From Lama guanicoe (lineage: Eukaryota): a DNA stretch of 64,000 nt. The notes beneath the pieces are model-generated. The model was not told where the DNA came from and did not search any database. It worked only from the letters and a program-made list of their open reading frames with translations. Location: contig MU057332.1 in the NCBI GenBank assembly GCA_013239625.1, forward strand, positions 6,165,001 to 6,229,000. Reading direction: 5' to 3'. Below are positions 32,101 through 44,090 of the stretch, in pieces; within the stretch, counting starts at the first letter, position 1; every line of letters begins with the position of its first letter. The position numbers and the translations under genes are program-made.

Positions 32101-34269
32101 TTTGTCGACAAGAAAGAGGAGTAAAAATGTTGTCAGTGACCAATGGTCAGAGCCCTGCTGCTGGACAGGTATTCAAAACAGAGCAGTCCCCTGGCTATTC
32201 AGTCCTCACTGAATAATGAATAAACTCTCTATATTTAAATAGCTACATGATGAATTTGGGTTCTAAGCTTTTCATTCACAAGTGAATGACATTGGACCCT
32301 GGGAACCTTTGAACATTCTTACCGTGTCCAGTTCACTCTTTCCCTTGTATAAAACTGGAAAAGTCCCAGCTCATCAGATGGTGATGACTAGGGGCAAATC
32401 AAATGGATCAAAATGGCAATTTTTCTCTGGGCTAATAATTCAATCAGCAGAAAGAGATGTTCCCCTTTTAAATGAACGTGAATTTATAGTTCACACCTAC
32501 ACTCAGCCACAATCTCATTAATTGTGTCCAGGGACAAGTGACTGAGAAGCATGTGTGCAGGGTGACACTGGATACATCCACCCTGGGCTTGGAGGGCATT
32601 CCCTGGCAGCAAGTGCTGGAAGCTTCTAGGGCTCATGGGCAGTAGGAGTGGAGATGCTCATGGAATGTGGATGAGCTGGGTGGAGGGTGTCAGGCTGGGA
32701 AACACAGTTCAGCACTGGGTAACCTCAGGGTTGCCCAGACTTTACATGCCCTGCTTGGGAAACCTGCATCTTTGTAGACCCAGTTGGAAACGTGCTTAGA
32801 GCATTTAACCTCTGAGGATCAGCACATTTTAAAAGTGGGTTTATGATGGTATAAAAATTTAATTCACAAACTAAAGACCCAGAAGATGAACCCATAGGGT
32901 AGTGAGAGTGTGAACCTGCTAGAGGCAGTTGATTGGCTCCCACTTGGGGGTTTGTTACTCTTTTGAAATTGAAGGCGGCACCAACAGCACGTGATTCTGA
33001 AGAGCACTGAAGGGGGATGTGCGGGAGCCCACCCAGCCCTCTGAGGCCAGCCTTCAAAGAAACAGACTCCCCTGTGTGGACTCTGGCGGTGACACACCCA
33101 CAGTAGCTTGGGACTACAAACGGAGCCACTTTTAAAAGCCCCCCTGGTGGACTAAGTGTTAAAGGGATGGTCATCGGCCACTGTGGGATGATTCTTACAT
33201 AACTTAGCCTGGGTCTACTTGGTGAATTTCAAAACGTCTAACTCCTCCACAGAAAGGATGGGCAGGGCAGACGGACCGGAAAGCTGGGCCCTGCCCGCGG
33301 CACGTGACTAAGAGGAGAACACGCTTTGAAGATGAAGCTAAGTTCCCCAGAACTATAGTAAACCCCTAAATCACTGACCTGTCCTTTTCTTTCTCATTTT
33401 CAGTTGTTCCTTCCTCATATGTTGATTAATCTTTTATTGAACAAAGCCCTCCAAGTGAGTGGGAAGCTTTTCTATTCTTGGGCAGCGTGTTTGTAAAGGG
33501 TGGGGGTCCTGTAGTCAATTTGTCTTGCTTTTTACCTTTGTGCGTTGATCCCACGAACTACTGTGATTTGGAGTTTGAGCCTTACTTCTTTCACTTGGCT
33601 ATTTTAATTACAGCCAAATAAGACTAGATTTATATTTTCTAAACCCCTTTTTGTTTAGCTTTCCCAAAAAAGATTACTCTAAAAAATCATGAAATGAAAC
33701 TTGACTGGCATCTTAGATTGTGAATAGTCTTCAAAGAAAGTGTCTGTCTACTGATATCATAAGACATAATCTTTGAGGCTAACCAAAAAACCCACTCTAA
33801 AGGTTTCCTGTTCCTTGAAATAGAGAGTTGTGAAATATATATACATATATATATAAATAGAAAAAGCAGGGAAATCATGAACTTTCAAGAGATCGTTGAT
33901 AAGAGTGTCATTTTTCATATTATTAAAATGTCATCTTTACGAGAGCTTGTCTTGATTACTGCAGAACCTGGCAGGACGTTAAAGATGCATGTCTGGCTTT
34001 CTCTCTGGATGGGCCACGAATTCTACCTAATTGTGGTCTTCTATCAATAGACGCACTCCACACCCCAACTCAGATCTGACACCTCACAGGTGACACCTGA
34101 AAACTTATCCTCTGCATGCTTTCAAAATGAGCCTGATAAACCTCTCAACTTTGTAGGGTTTCTGTGGATGGAGGATTTGATAGAATAAACAAAATGACAG
34201 ATTAATGCAGAAAGCAAGGACATAGTAAGAAGCAACAGATGCTGTCCACTCTGGATTTCAGGTGAATGC

Positions 34270-34435
34270 TTTCTGGACCAGGGAGTCAGGCCCACTGGAG
34301 TTTGAATCTATATTTTGTAACTTCAGGCTGTGAAGCCTTGGGCAAGTTACTTCACCTTTCTGAACTTCAGCTCTCCATGTGAGAAACGAAGAGAATGCTC
34401 AACTTTGTGCACTTATTGGCAGGATCAGACAAAAT
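34270..34435 (+). mobile_element. MIR
   Basis: ggagtcaggcccactggagtttgaatc...ctgtgaagccttgggcaagttacttcacctttctgaacttcag. Confidence 0.7.
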
Positions 34436-36279
34436 TACACAAGAAATGAAAATCGTAGAGCTTCTGGAACCCTGTAGACCATCATAAGGGTTGGCTTGCA
34501 AAAGTAAAACTGGATCAAGAGAAATAAAATTAATATACCAAAACCAAAGAGTGTTTTTATGAAACAGAAATGTTGCAAAGAGAGAAACTCAGGTGACTCC
34601 TTGCCCATTTCAGCAACAAGTTCACAAATGGAACATAAAACAGCAGATGGCGTATAGAGTGGATGGCATCGGTCAGTGGCCAAGGCCACTGTGCTGAGTT
34701 CTGCTTCTTATCCGCCTGAGACTGTTTCCTGTCCCCCTTCTCAGCATGGTACCGCCCCAGGAACACACTGGCACTGAGAAGCTCAGGCTGGAAACATCCG
34801 TACTTCAAACATTTTCCTTTATGAAAAGGAACAAGCCAGATACTATTCTTAGCAAGAAAAAAAGACAAGCTTTTTTCCTAGAAGTAAGATCAGCAAGTTG
34901 ACTGCCCTCTGCCCCCCACCCTCAACACAAGGGCTTTCATTATTCCTGGTGTCAGGACAGAGCAGCATTCTGTGCCTCTTGAAACCCAGGCCATGCCAGC
35001 CCATTCACAGGGCCCAATGCTCCAGGACAGCAGCGAAGTCCCATGCGCTCGGCACCCCCAGTGAGCTCTCTGCCCTCTACTTTTTTATGTGACTGAATAG
35101 AGCTGCATCTTGAGTCACTAGGCCCTCAGCAATGACTGGTAAGTGAAAAACGTCCACGGGCATTTAAAAATAATTCAAAACATCTTGAAATCTGCAGAGG
35201 CTATGACATCATTTCCCAGCCTTGGTTCTAAAAGCACTTTGGGTATTATGTACCCTGAAGGTTAAGTCCATCTGTAGCAGCTGGAGAAGAGAAAGGCCAC
35301 GTGCCAGGGGGTCACCAGATGGGCAAAAACAGACTTCCGGCCACCAAGCATTAGGCCCAGGACAAGCAGGGAGGGAAATCACTTCAGGACAGCTGCAATA
35401 AGTGGATTTACATGCCTTGTACGACTGGAACAAAAGTGGCTGTAGTTCCGGAAGGAAAGCAGCTGGTACCAGGAAGGAAAGATAAAGAGCAGTGACTCAC
35501 AGAAGCACAGGTGATCGCAGACGGGCTGGGCCACGCAGGAGGAGTGCGTGAGTATGCACGGGGCAGGGAGGTGAGTGGAGAGGAAATGAGCAGATTGAGG
35601 GACTGCGAGTGGGGCCACGCAGACAGGGAGGTGTCTCTTTTGACCTAGAAGGGATGGTGCCCTGGCAGAGCACTGGCAGGAAGGCAGTGATGACGAGGGA
35701 TGAGGAAGGAGGTGTTGGATGGCTGGTCACGGCCCAGCCATCACACTCAGCGGAGCCCTCCCCATGCCCCTGCTCCCCTATCAGGGCCCCTCCTCAGAGC
35801 AAGTGTCCACATCCATCAGCACACAGCTCACCATTCTGTAACTGGGGGGTTCGCCACCCCCTTCTCCACCAGACTAGGCTGCCCAGCCCTGGCCCAGGGG
35901 TGCTGAGCAGCTGCTGACCGAAGGAGGCGAAGTGATGCACTCCAGAAGGCTGGCCTGTGGGCCCTGAGGCCAGATCAGAAGGACTCACGGTGCAGCAAGA
36001 GGAAGCGGGAGGGGACATGGGTTCTCTGCCACCAGAAGATAAAGGAGAAGTGAGCTGACCTCACTTGCTGACCATGTCTCTGTGGATCTGGAGAGGCAGG
36101 CCCGGGGACTGGTTTGAACCGAAGGGGCAAGTCCGAAGTAGAAGGCTAGACTGAGAGCCAGGAGGGCTGCCTTTTCATCCTAACTTTGCCACTAATGGAT
36201 TAGGTGACCTTGGAGAAGTCATTTATCCTACCTTGTGCTTGTAAAGTTAGGGAGTCAGGACAGACATTTGGTCCCCAAA

Positions 36280-36286
<7 letters not shown>

Positions 36287-36310
<24 letters not shown>
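36287..36310. repeat. (CA)n microsatellite
   Basis: About 12 CA units following (CT)n. Confidence 0.9.
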
Positions 36311-37172
36311 CTCTGAACCAGAGGCTCTGGGGCAGGGCCTGGGAGTTTGCATTGCTTAGAATCCTTGGGTGCTTCTGATGCTCGCTGGGACTAGATAAAT
36401 CTGGGGGCACTTCTAACACTAGAGGAATATGATTTTATGAAATGTACGCATAGATTTTTAAAAATTACTTTTTCTATACTGTTTCTTAGAGGAGTCACAT
36501 GCTCTTCTCTTTTTAGAGACATGACAGAACTGACTCTACTACTTGAGTTTGGTCAGATGACCATCCATTCCTGTGGGGCAGAGTCTCCTGAGGCTGCTGA
36601 AAGGCTCAGCCACAAGGTGGCGGAAAGGGAGCCACAGCCCAGAATGGGGATGTGGTGTGACCCCCAAAACCAGCATACTTGGTGGGCTGGGCTGAGCCAA
36701 CCTTCCTCCCAGGGCCACTCTTCATCCAGGTGGTGACACAGGGCTCTATGCTTTAGGCCACCCCACTGGTCCTGCCAGCGCCACCTCTCTCCGGTTCAGC
36801 CAGTTACTTCCCTCTGTCCTAACATAACAGCAGCTTCAGGCGGTGAGCACCTGGATTGGATTCCTGTGTGCCTGGCGCTGCACCAAGCACTTTGCAAGCC
36901 AGGTCACATGAACCCTCCCCAGCACCCTGTGATGTGCTCTTATTAGCTCCATTTTATAGAGCAGAAAACAGATTTGGAAACAGGTTTGATCATTTGCCCA
37001 AGATCACAGAGCAAGGAGCCAGAATCTAAAGAGGGATGCTGATCATGAAGCTCTCTTCTTAACCCATTCCACATCCTGTTCCCTGAGGCTCCTGGAACGG
37101 AGCCTCCCCTCGACTTTCCCTTAGAGAGCAGAGCGTGGGAAGTGTCCCCAGCTGGGGCATCTCCCGGCTTAC

Positions 37173-37585
37173 CTTGGCCAGCCTTGCTCGCTTGATGAGG
37201 TCATTAAGTTTGCGCACTGCCGCCTTCTGGGGAAGGCTCTGGATGTCCCTGAACAGGTCCTGGGCCTCGGCCTCGAAGAGCCGGCGGTTGTCAGTGTTTT
37301 GCAGAGGCTGTGCCCAGAAGGAGCCGATGTAGACACGTAGCACCTCGGGCGTGTTGATGACCTTGCCCAGGGACCACATGAGGGCCCCGTAGACGCGCAT
37401 GAGCTGCTGCGTGTCCACTTGGTCGGCCTTGTTCAGCACCACGCGGATCTTGTCATCCTGGCCCCGGAAGGCCTTGATGGCCTCCGAGAACTCGTCCGAG
37501 ATATCCAGTTTGTGTGCGTCGAAGAGCAGAATGATCCTGTCTACCCGCTCAGCGAACCACTGCAGGACCTGGCAGAAGTCATACC
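37173..37585 (-). CDS. EHD4: EHD4 coding exon (dynamin-like G/ATPase domain, NKAD motif)
   Basis: ctgcag|GG TAT GAC ... GCC AAG|gtaagc; 413 nt; [33 protein letters not shown]...VVLNKADQV...LIKRARLAK. Confidence 0.97.
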
Positions 37586-38115
37586 CTGCAGGGAGGGAAG
37601 GGCACATCAGTGCAGCCAACTGCTGCGGGGAACACGCTTGCCAGGTGGGCTTGGAATCACCTGGGTCTCCAGCAGCTGCCAAGGAGAGAGCCCTGTCTCC
37701 AAGCTGGAGGGTCTCATGACCTGCAAATCATTTCAAATGGGCCCTGTGGGCTGGACGCATTGAGTTAATGCTGGGGATCCTGGGAGCCCTTCCTTGGGAA
37801 GAAACAGAGAATAGAAAGGGGCTCTTGGTCATTTTGATTGGGCATTGCTTACTTCCACATCTGTAATTTCATTTAGTCCCTATGAGTTTCTTGTTTTACC
37901 TTGGACAGTCCTTTAGATCAATGGCAAAAAAGATCAATAGCTCTGTAAAAATGCAGGCCAGGGGTCCAAAGCTCTTAACTCCTGCCAAAGACTCATTTTG
38001 ACAAAAGAACCAGAGATGGAGAAGGAAGAAAGCCTGCTTGGAGACTCATGGGGTGCCCAGGAAGCACCACCAAAGAGAAATCACCTTCTTTTTAATTTTT
38101 TAAGAATGTTAAGGA

Positions 38116-38288
38116 AGAGGGGCAGGTATAGCTCAGTGGTAAAGCACGTGCTTACCATGCATGAGGTCCTGGGTTCAATCGCCAGGACCCCAGTACCTCC
38201 ATTAAAAGATAAACACACAAATAAATAAATAAATAAACAAATCTAATTACCCTCCCACCCAACCCCCCCCAAATTAAAAAATTTAAAA
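38116..38288 (+). mobile_element. tRNA-Ala-derived SINE (Vic-1-like) with TSD
   Basis: A and B boxes plus (AAAT)n tail; TSD aaga(a/g)tgttaagga at 38102-38115 and 38289-38302. Confidence 0.9.
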
Positions 38289-39259
38289 AAGAGTGTTAAG
38301 GAGGTCAAAGGTTGGCCTGATCCAAACTGTGACCTATATTGTTTGGACCATTTATATCTTAAGTATCTTGTAAATATTTAAAAAATTGTGTCTCACAGCC
38401 ATTCTGTGAAATGGTCTCTTGCCAATTTCTTTCTAAAAATGGCTAGGCCCATGACAATTCTGTTTAGTTTGCTTTGGCCACGTGCCAATATGCTTCAAAT
38501 CATGCAGCTAACTCAACACTCCCCTCAGCCTTTGGTCAAGACTTTCAGGCGTTTCCCCAAGGATGCGAGTCCCATGAGAAGCAAACAAGAAGGGTCAGAC
38601 CCACAAGGTTTATTTTTCACTCTCAATCTGATTAGCTGTGGGGTCAGAGCCTCAATGCAGCCCAATCAGAGCCCAGATGGCACCTTTCCTGACCCCTTCT
38701 TTAGTGCTCTGGTCTCTTTTTAAGATTTTGAAAACTTCCGAACACATATTAAAATCTAGAGGCGAATGTGATGAATGCTGATATACCAATTTCATACCTT
38801 AAGAAATTTTGACACTTGGCTTTCTTTGCTTCAGATACTTAAAAAAAATTGAAGCCTAGTTTATTTATGTAAAAAAATACCATACAGCAGTGAGCATAAA
38901 CTAGATTTTCACTTGTCAACACAGGCAAATCTCCCACAAATTGGTGAATAAAGAAATCAGTTTCAAAAGGACACTTACAGTATGATCACATTCAAGTACA
39001 ATGTTAAAAAACAAAGCACCACTCAGCAGCCTGTGGAGACACGCTACAGCATGGACACAAACATGGTACACTGGTTTTGGGATGCTGGTTGACTCTGGGA
39101 TGGAGGGAGTGAGGGATCTAAGGTAGTTGAGAAAGAGTCTAGAGGAGAGTGAGCTTTGGGGCAAAAATAAAGGGGGTCCATGGACTAACGTTTCCATGTG
39201 AAGAACAGGTGTAAGGGGAGTACTTAATTTGGTCAAGTAAACTGGATTCAGACACATTT

Positions 39260-39405
39260 TTTTCTTAATAAGGATTTATTTTTTTGGCGGGGGGAGGTAA
39301 TTAGGTTTTACTTATTTATTTATTTTTTAGAGGACACACTGGGGATTGAACCCAGGACCTCCTGTATGCTAGGCATGCACTGCACCACTGAACTACACCC
39401 TCCCC
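39260..39405 (-). mobile_element. tRNA-Ala-derived SINE (Vic-1-like) with TSD
   Basis: Reverse-complement copy of the same element; TSD tt(c/t)agacacattt at 39247-39259 and 39406-39418. Confidence 0.9.
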
Positions 39406-39899
39406 TTTAGACACATTTAAATAAAGGAAATGTTCAGAAATGCTGAAGCCCCCTAAGGACCCCTCCCCAAGTCCCTTCCTCAACCTCCTCCACAGAGGAA
39501 ACCATGGCCGGATGTGGGGTTTGATGTCACCAAGCACGTGTGAAGGCTGCCAGTCCACGCTTTTCACTTCTCTTTTCTGGCTGTCTCCCTGCGGCACTCC
39601 CTGACTCCCCGGGGGTAAGGAGGACAAAGGTAGTTCCCAGAATGTGGGCCAGAGTTTATTTTGATCAGCAGCCAGGTTAGAACAGAGGGAAATCAAGGAC
39701 CTACTGGACTGGCGACATAGAGTCAAGATTTCACTCCGAGTTCTGTCCCTGCGAGGCCAGGCCCTCCTCCTGAGATAACAGTAGGTTCTGTCATTCAAGA
39801 CAGTGACCTGTGCGCCAGACAGCTTGATCCACCTGGTAGCTCCTCAGCAGATGAAAGATGGTGCCGTTCCCTGGGGCCGGGAACAAGCCCTGCGTGCGG

Positions 39900-40415
39900 G
39901 CTTCCTTTTCCAATGGGATGGTTGACACTCTGACACTCTCTCACTTGGTCTCTTTCATGACCAAAACTGGGTAACTGAAGGTTCAGAAACAGATTAAAGA
40001 AAATTCTGTGTCTGGAGTGCACACTGGAGGGGACACGAATTGCATTTTTCTGAACACTCGTCTTGTTGGGCAGGGAGTGGGGAAGTCCCCTGGGGGGCCA
40101 CAGACACTGCTGGTGTGGCAGACAGTCTCCTGCCCCACTTGTTAGCAGGCTGGGTTACAGACAGGTAATCTAGAATCAGACAACTCCTTCCACCAGAGAG
40201 GGTGCTGAATCTTGAGGGAATGATGCAAAGACCCAGGGAAATGAGAATTTATTTATGGCAGAGGTGGCTGAGTTTAGTCAGTGGTGGCGGCTTCCTAACC
40301 TAGTTTCTGAGCCCAGCTCTCCAACCTTCTCATCAATTCTGTGAACCTGATTTTCTGAAAAATTCCTTTTCTGTTTAAGTTAGCCAGAATCATCTTTTTT
40401 GGTTTGCTACCAAGG
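39900..40415. mobile_element. MLT1-type LTR remnant
   Basis: End aaattccttttctgtttaagttagccagaatc...gtttgctaccaa is typical of MLT1 LTRs; left boundary uncertain. Confidence 0.5.
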
Positions 40416-41029
40416 ACCATGATTGGTAAATAATTTTTTCCCACATCTAAATATTTCTGATCTCTGGATGCCTCTTACAATCAGTACCGAAATAAACTTG
40501 CCACCCCAACTGCTGTCACCACCACCGTGCACGTGCACCGTGCAAAATCCAGCCGTGCAGCCATGCAGACACGCTTCTCTTCCTCCAAGGGCCACCTGGC
40601 CTCAGTGGTTGCCTTTGATAGACACACATGCATTTAAACTTTAACTTAAATTTGGGTTCTTAATAGTTATTTTATAAAAGACTTTATGCCAATGCTTCAG
40701 AGAAATAAAAAGTCACTGGGAATAGAGCTGCCAGATGTAAGTTTATTATAAGTGAAGCCAGTACTCATCTCTGGAGGAAGGGCTGCAAGTCCCTATTTTT
40801 GTGCTTTAAAGTAACAACGAAATCTTCATTAGGTTTAAGAAGTATAAGCAGGCAGTGAACTGTTTTGTTCACCACTGAGCAAGTGTAAAAAGATTGCCTG
40901 TTACACATTAGGCAACACAATCAAAGGCAAAAAAAAAAAAATCACCAAGTGTCTCAAAAGCAAGCAAAGAATCATCAAAGCTGGGAGAAGCTGGTCAGCT
41001 CAATCCCCACCCCCAACACAGTTATTACT

Positions 41030-41370
41030 ATTTTACCATTTTCAAGTGTACAGTGAGTGGCATGAAGTGCACTCACACTGATGTGCAACCATCACCACCA
41101 TCCACCTCCAGAATTCTTTCCATTTCCCAAACTGAACCTCTGTACCCATTAAACAGTAACTCCCCTCTCCTCCTCCCCCAGTACCCGGCAACCACCAATT
41201 CTACTTTCTGCCTTTACAANNNNNNNNNNNNNNNNNNNNNNNNNNNNNNNNNNNNNNNNNNNNNNNNNNNNNNNNNNNNNNNNNNNNNNNNNNNNNNNNN
41301 NNNNNNNNNNNNNNNNNNNNNNNNNNNNNNNNNNNNNNNNNNNNNNNNNCCTTTCTAAGGCTGTATTGGT
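41030..41370 (-). mobile_element. LINE-1 3' fragment (partly N-masked)
   Basis: ttcaagtgtacagtgagtggc...gtgcaaccatcaccaccatccacctccagaa...actgaacctctgtacccattaaacagtaactcccc is the reverse complement of an L1 3' end. Confidence 0.8.
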
Positions 41371-42319
41371 CTGCTCGATTCTTACATCTTCACGAAGTAA
41401 GACAGGCACCAAATACCTAACTACCAAAAAATTCCAGCTGATTTTGAAGAAAGGATTGGATTTAATATGTCATTTAGTCTGCCTCCTGAAGGAAATGATT
41501 CAGAAGGACCTAGAGACCACTTATTCTCAAAGTTTGGCTGTGTAGCAGAATCAATATGGGGCTTGTTAAAATTTAGACTCCCAGCCCCTCCCAAGAACCA
41601 CAGACTCAGTCCTTGGGGCTGGGCTTGGTGACCTGCATTTTCTAAGCTCCCCAGAAGGTTACTATGCCTGGTAAATTTTGAACATCCCTGAAGACCAAGA
41701 TATACGATGGCAGAGATGTGCCTAAAAACAAACCAAAACAAAATACATTAAGTAGTTTTTTTTTTCCCAACCATAAGATGGTTAGATGATGTATCACAGA
41801 ATTGAGGAAACAGAATTTAAAATTGCTTATTTAAAGATGCATCTTAAAATTTATGAACGCCCTGCTACCTTTGCTCATGCTGGGCCTAGACCCTAGCAAG
41901 TCCTTCCACTCTGGCTTAGGACCTAGAAATCTAGCCCCAGTCCCTCCATCCTTCAAAAGACGGGGCTGAACCTTGAATAAGTGGTATGTTATTTAACTTC
42001 TATAAGGTTCAATTTTCTCATCTGTGAAATCGGGTTGCTGAATGACTACACGAGAAAATGCTTTCAATAGTCTCAACCACAGTGTTGAGAATTAGTAATC
42101 TTTCAACAAATACAAACTTTCATTATTATGTCTGCCCCTCATCCCCCACCATAGGTGGATTCAGATGCTCCCTCTTCTGAGCTCCAGAGCCCTTTGCCTG
42201 TTCTCCTATTATACCACTTGACACAGAGTATTATAATCGGATGAATGTACAGAGCTCTCTCATTAGATCAAAAGTTCTTCAACCATAGGGACCACATCTC
42301 CCTCATGGTTGCACAGGAC

Positions 42320-42560
42320 AGTGGCTATCAGTGTGGGCTCTGGACTCAGGTAGCCTGGATCTAATCCTGGCTCCATCACTTACTAGTTCTGTGACCTTCA
42401 GCAAGTTACTTCATCTCTCTACACCTCATTTCCTCATCTGCAAAATGGGGCTAATAATAGTGTCCACATACTTCAGGGGGATGTGGAGTTAATATATGTG
42501 AAGCATTTAGAATCACCTTGGCACCTAGAAAGCTCTCCCAAAAAGTTATCTACTGGTTAT
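42320..42560 (+). mobile_element. MIR
   Basis: aatcctggctccatcacttactagttctgtgaccttcagcaagttact...tttcctcatctgcaaaatggggctaataatag. Confidence 0.8.
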
Positions 42561-43611
42561 TTAAAAAATCCTTATATCCAGTCCAGGTGCACGGTGGGGA
42601 CACAATAAATGTTCGTTGAAGGATGCTTGGCTGAGGCAAAGGATAGCCGGCAGCCATGGAGAAAACTGATCTAATTAGGTAAAGGTAACAATGCGATGAT
42701 GTTTAGCCAAGAGAGAGAATCAGTGCTTAGGAAATAGCTAACAGAATGTACTGGCTGAGCAGAGAGCCCTCATATTTTATGAATAGAGCTAGTGGGCTCA
42801 CAAAGGCCCAGTGGCCTTTCCTTCGTTGGTTGTGAAACAAAGGGAGTTCTATCAGTTGGTTTTAAAGACTCTGGTTTGCTCCTAAAATAAAGTGATGATT
42901 CCAATCACTGGATCCTCCCTGGCTGAGGAAAGCCCTGTGCACACCCCCGAGGGCCAGGACAGCTCCAGGTAGACATTCGCACTCAGCAGGTGGAATACAA
43001 TGAACTGTCCCAGAGGTTCTGTTACAGACAGAGGGTGCTCAGGTCCCTGTCACCACCAGAGTCAGTCACACTATGCTAAGAGGAAGCTGCCACTTAAAAC
43101 AAGGTTGAAAACCAGTGGCCCTCGGACTGAAGTACCCTCGGCTGCTGTTTTGTTTGGTCTACATGGTGTCCTTACATTTTGAGTTGACTGTTTGGTCAGG
43201 ACATGCACTGGCCACTTCTGAGTACAAACACCATGGCTCTGACTCAGCCTTAGAGACAGAACTGCGCCCTCTGGGGAGCCGCCCAGCTCTCCTGGGCTCC
43301 CTCGGGGCCTTTCCTACCCTGCTTTCTCCAGCACCGGAAGCGTGCGCGCCAGGAGAGGCCTCAGCAAGGCTTCCTGAAGGATTCCGTGTTTTCTGTGGGG
43401 AAATGTGCTCAAAATTTCCAGAACTGGCATTAAACAATCTTTTGGAACATGTCCCTGTGGAAGTGGAAAGTACACTAGACATCTTGGAATTTAACAAGAT
43501 ATTTCAAATACAAAAAAATTTTTTTTAATGGATTAATGAATAGCTATCGAGCATCTAGGATGTGCTTGAAACTGTCGCTGAGGGACATACGTCTATAAAA
43601 CTAAGGCTGCC

Positions 43612-44090
43612 AGCTGTACTCATAATAACCCCAAACTAGAAATAATCCAGATGTCCTTCAGCAGGTGAACAGACAGACTGCGCGGCACCTGTACAGTGGA
43701 AAGCTATCAGCGATAAAAGCAGTGAGCTAGCGGCACGTTACCCACACGGGTACAGCTCAGAAACACAAAGTGAGAAGCCAGACACTACGGAGCACATACT
43801 GTAAGATTCCATTTACAGTAAATCCCAGAACAGGCAAAGCTAAGCTACAGTGACAGTAGATCAGGGGCTGCCCGTGGCCGAGGGTGGGGCTGGGACTGAC
43901 TGCAAAGTGGCACAGAGAAGGAACTCCTCAGGGTGACAGAAAGTTTCTATTTCTTGATGTGGGTGGTGGTTTCATAAGAAACACAAGTACATGAGCAAAT
44001 CTGCAAATTTACCAAAAAGCACTAAGCTGTACAATTCAAATGAGCATATTATCGTGTACTATAGATGTCAATAAAACGGACTTAAAAAGC
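43612..44090 (+). mobile_element. old LINE-1 (L1M) 3' fragment followed by a GAAA-rich tract (44100-44182)
   Basis: cataataaccccaaactagaaataatccagatgtccttca...gaagccagacac...catactgtaagattccattt. Confidence 0.75.
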
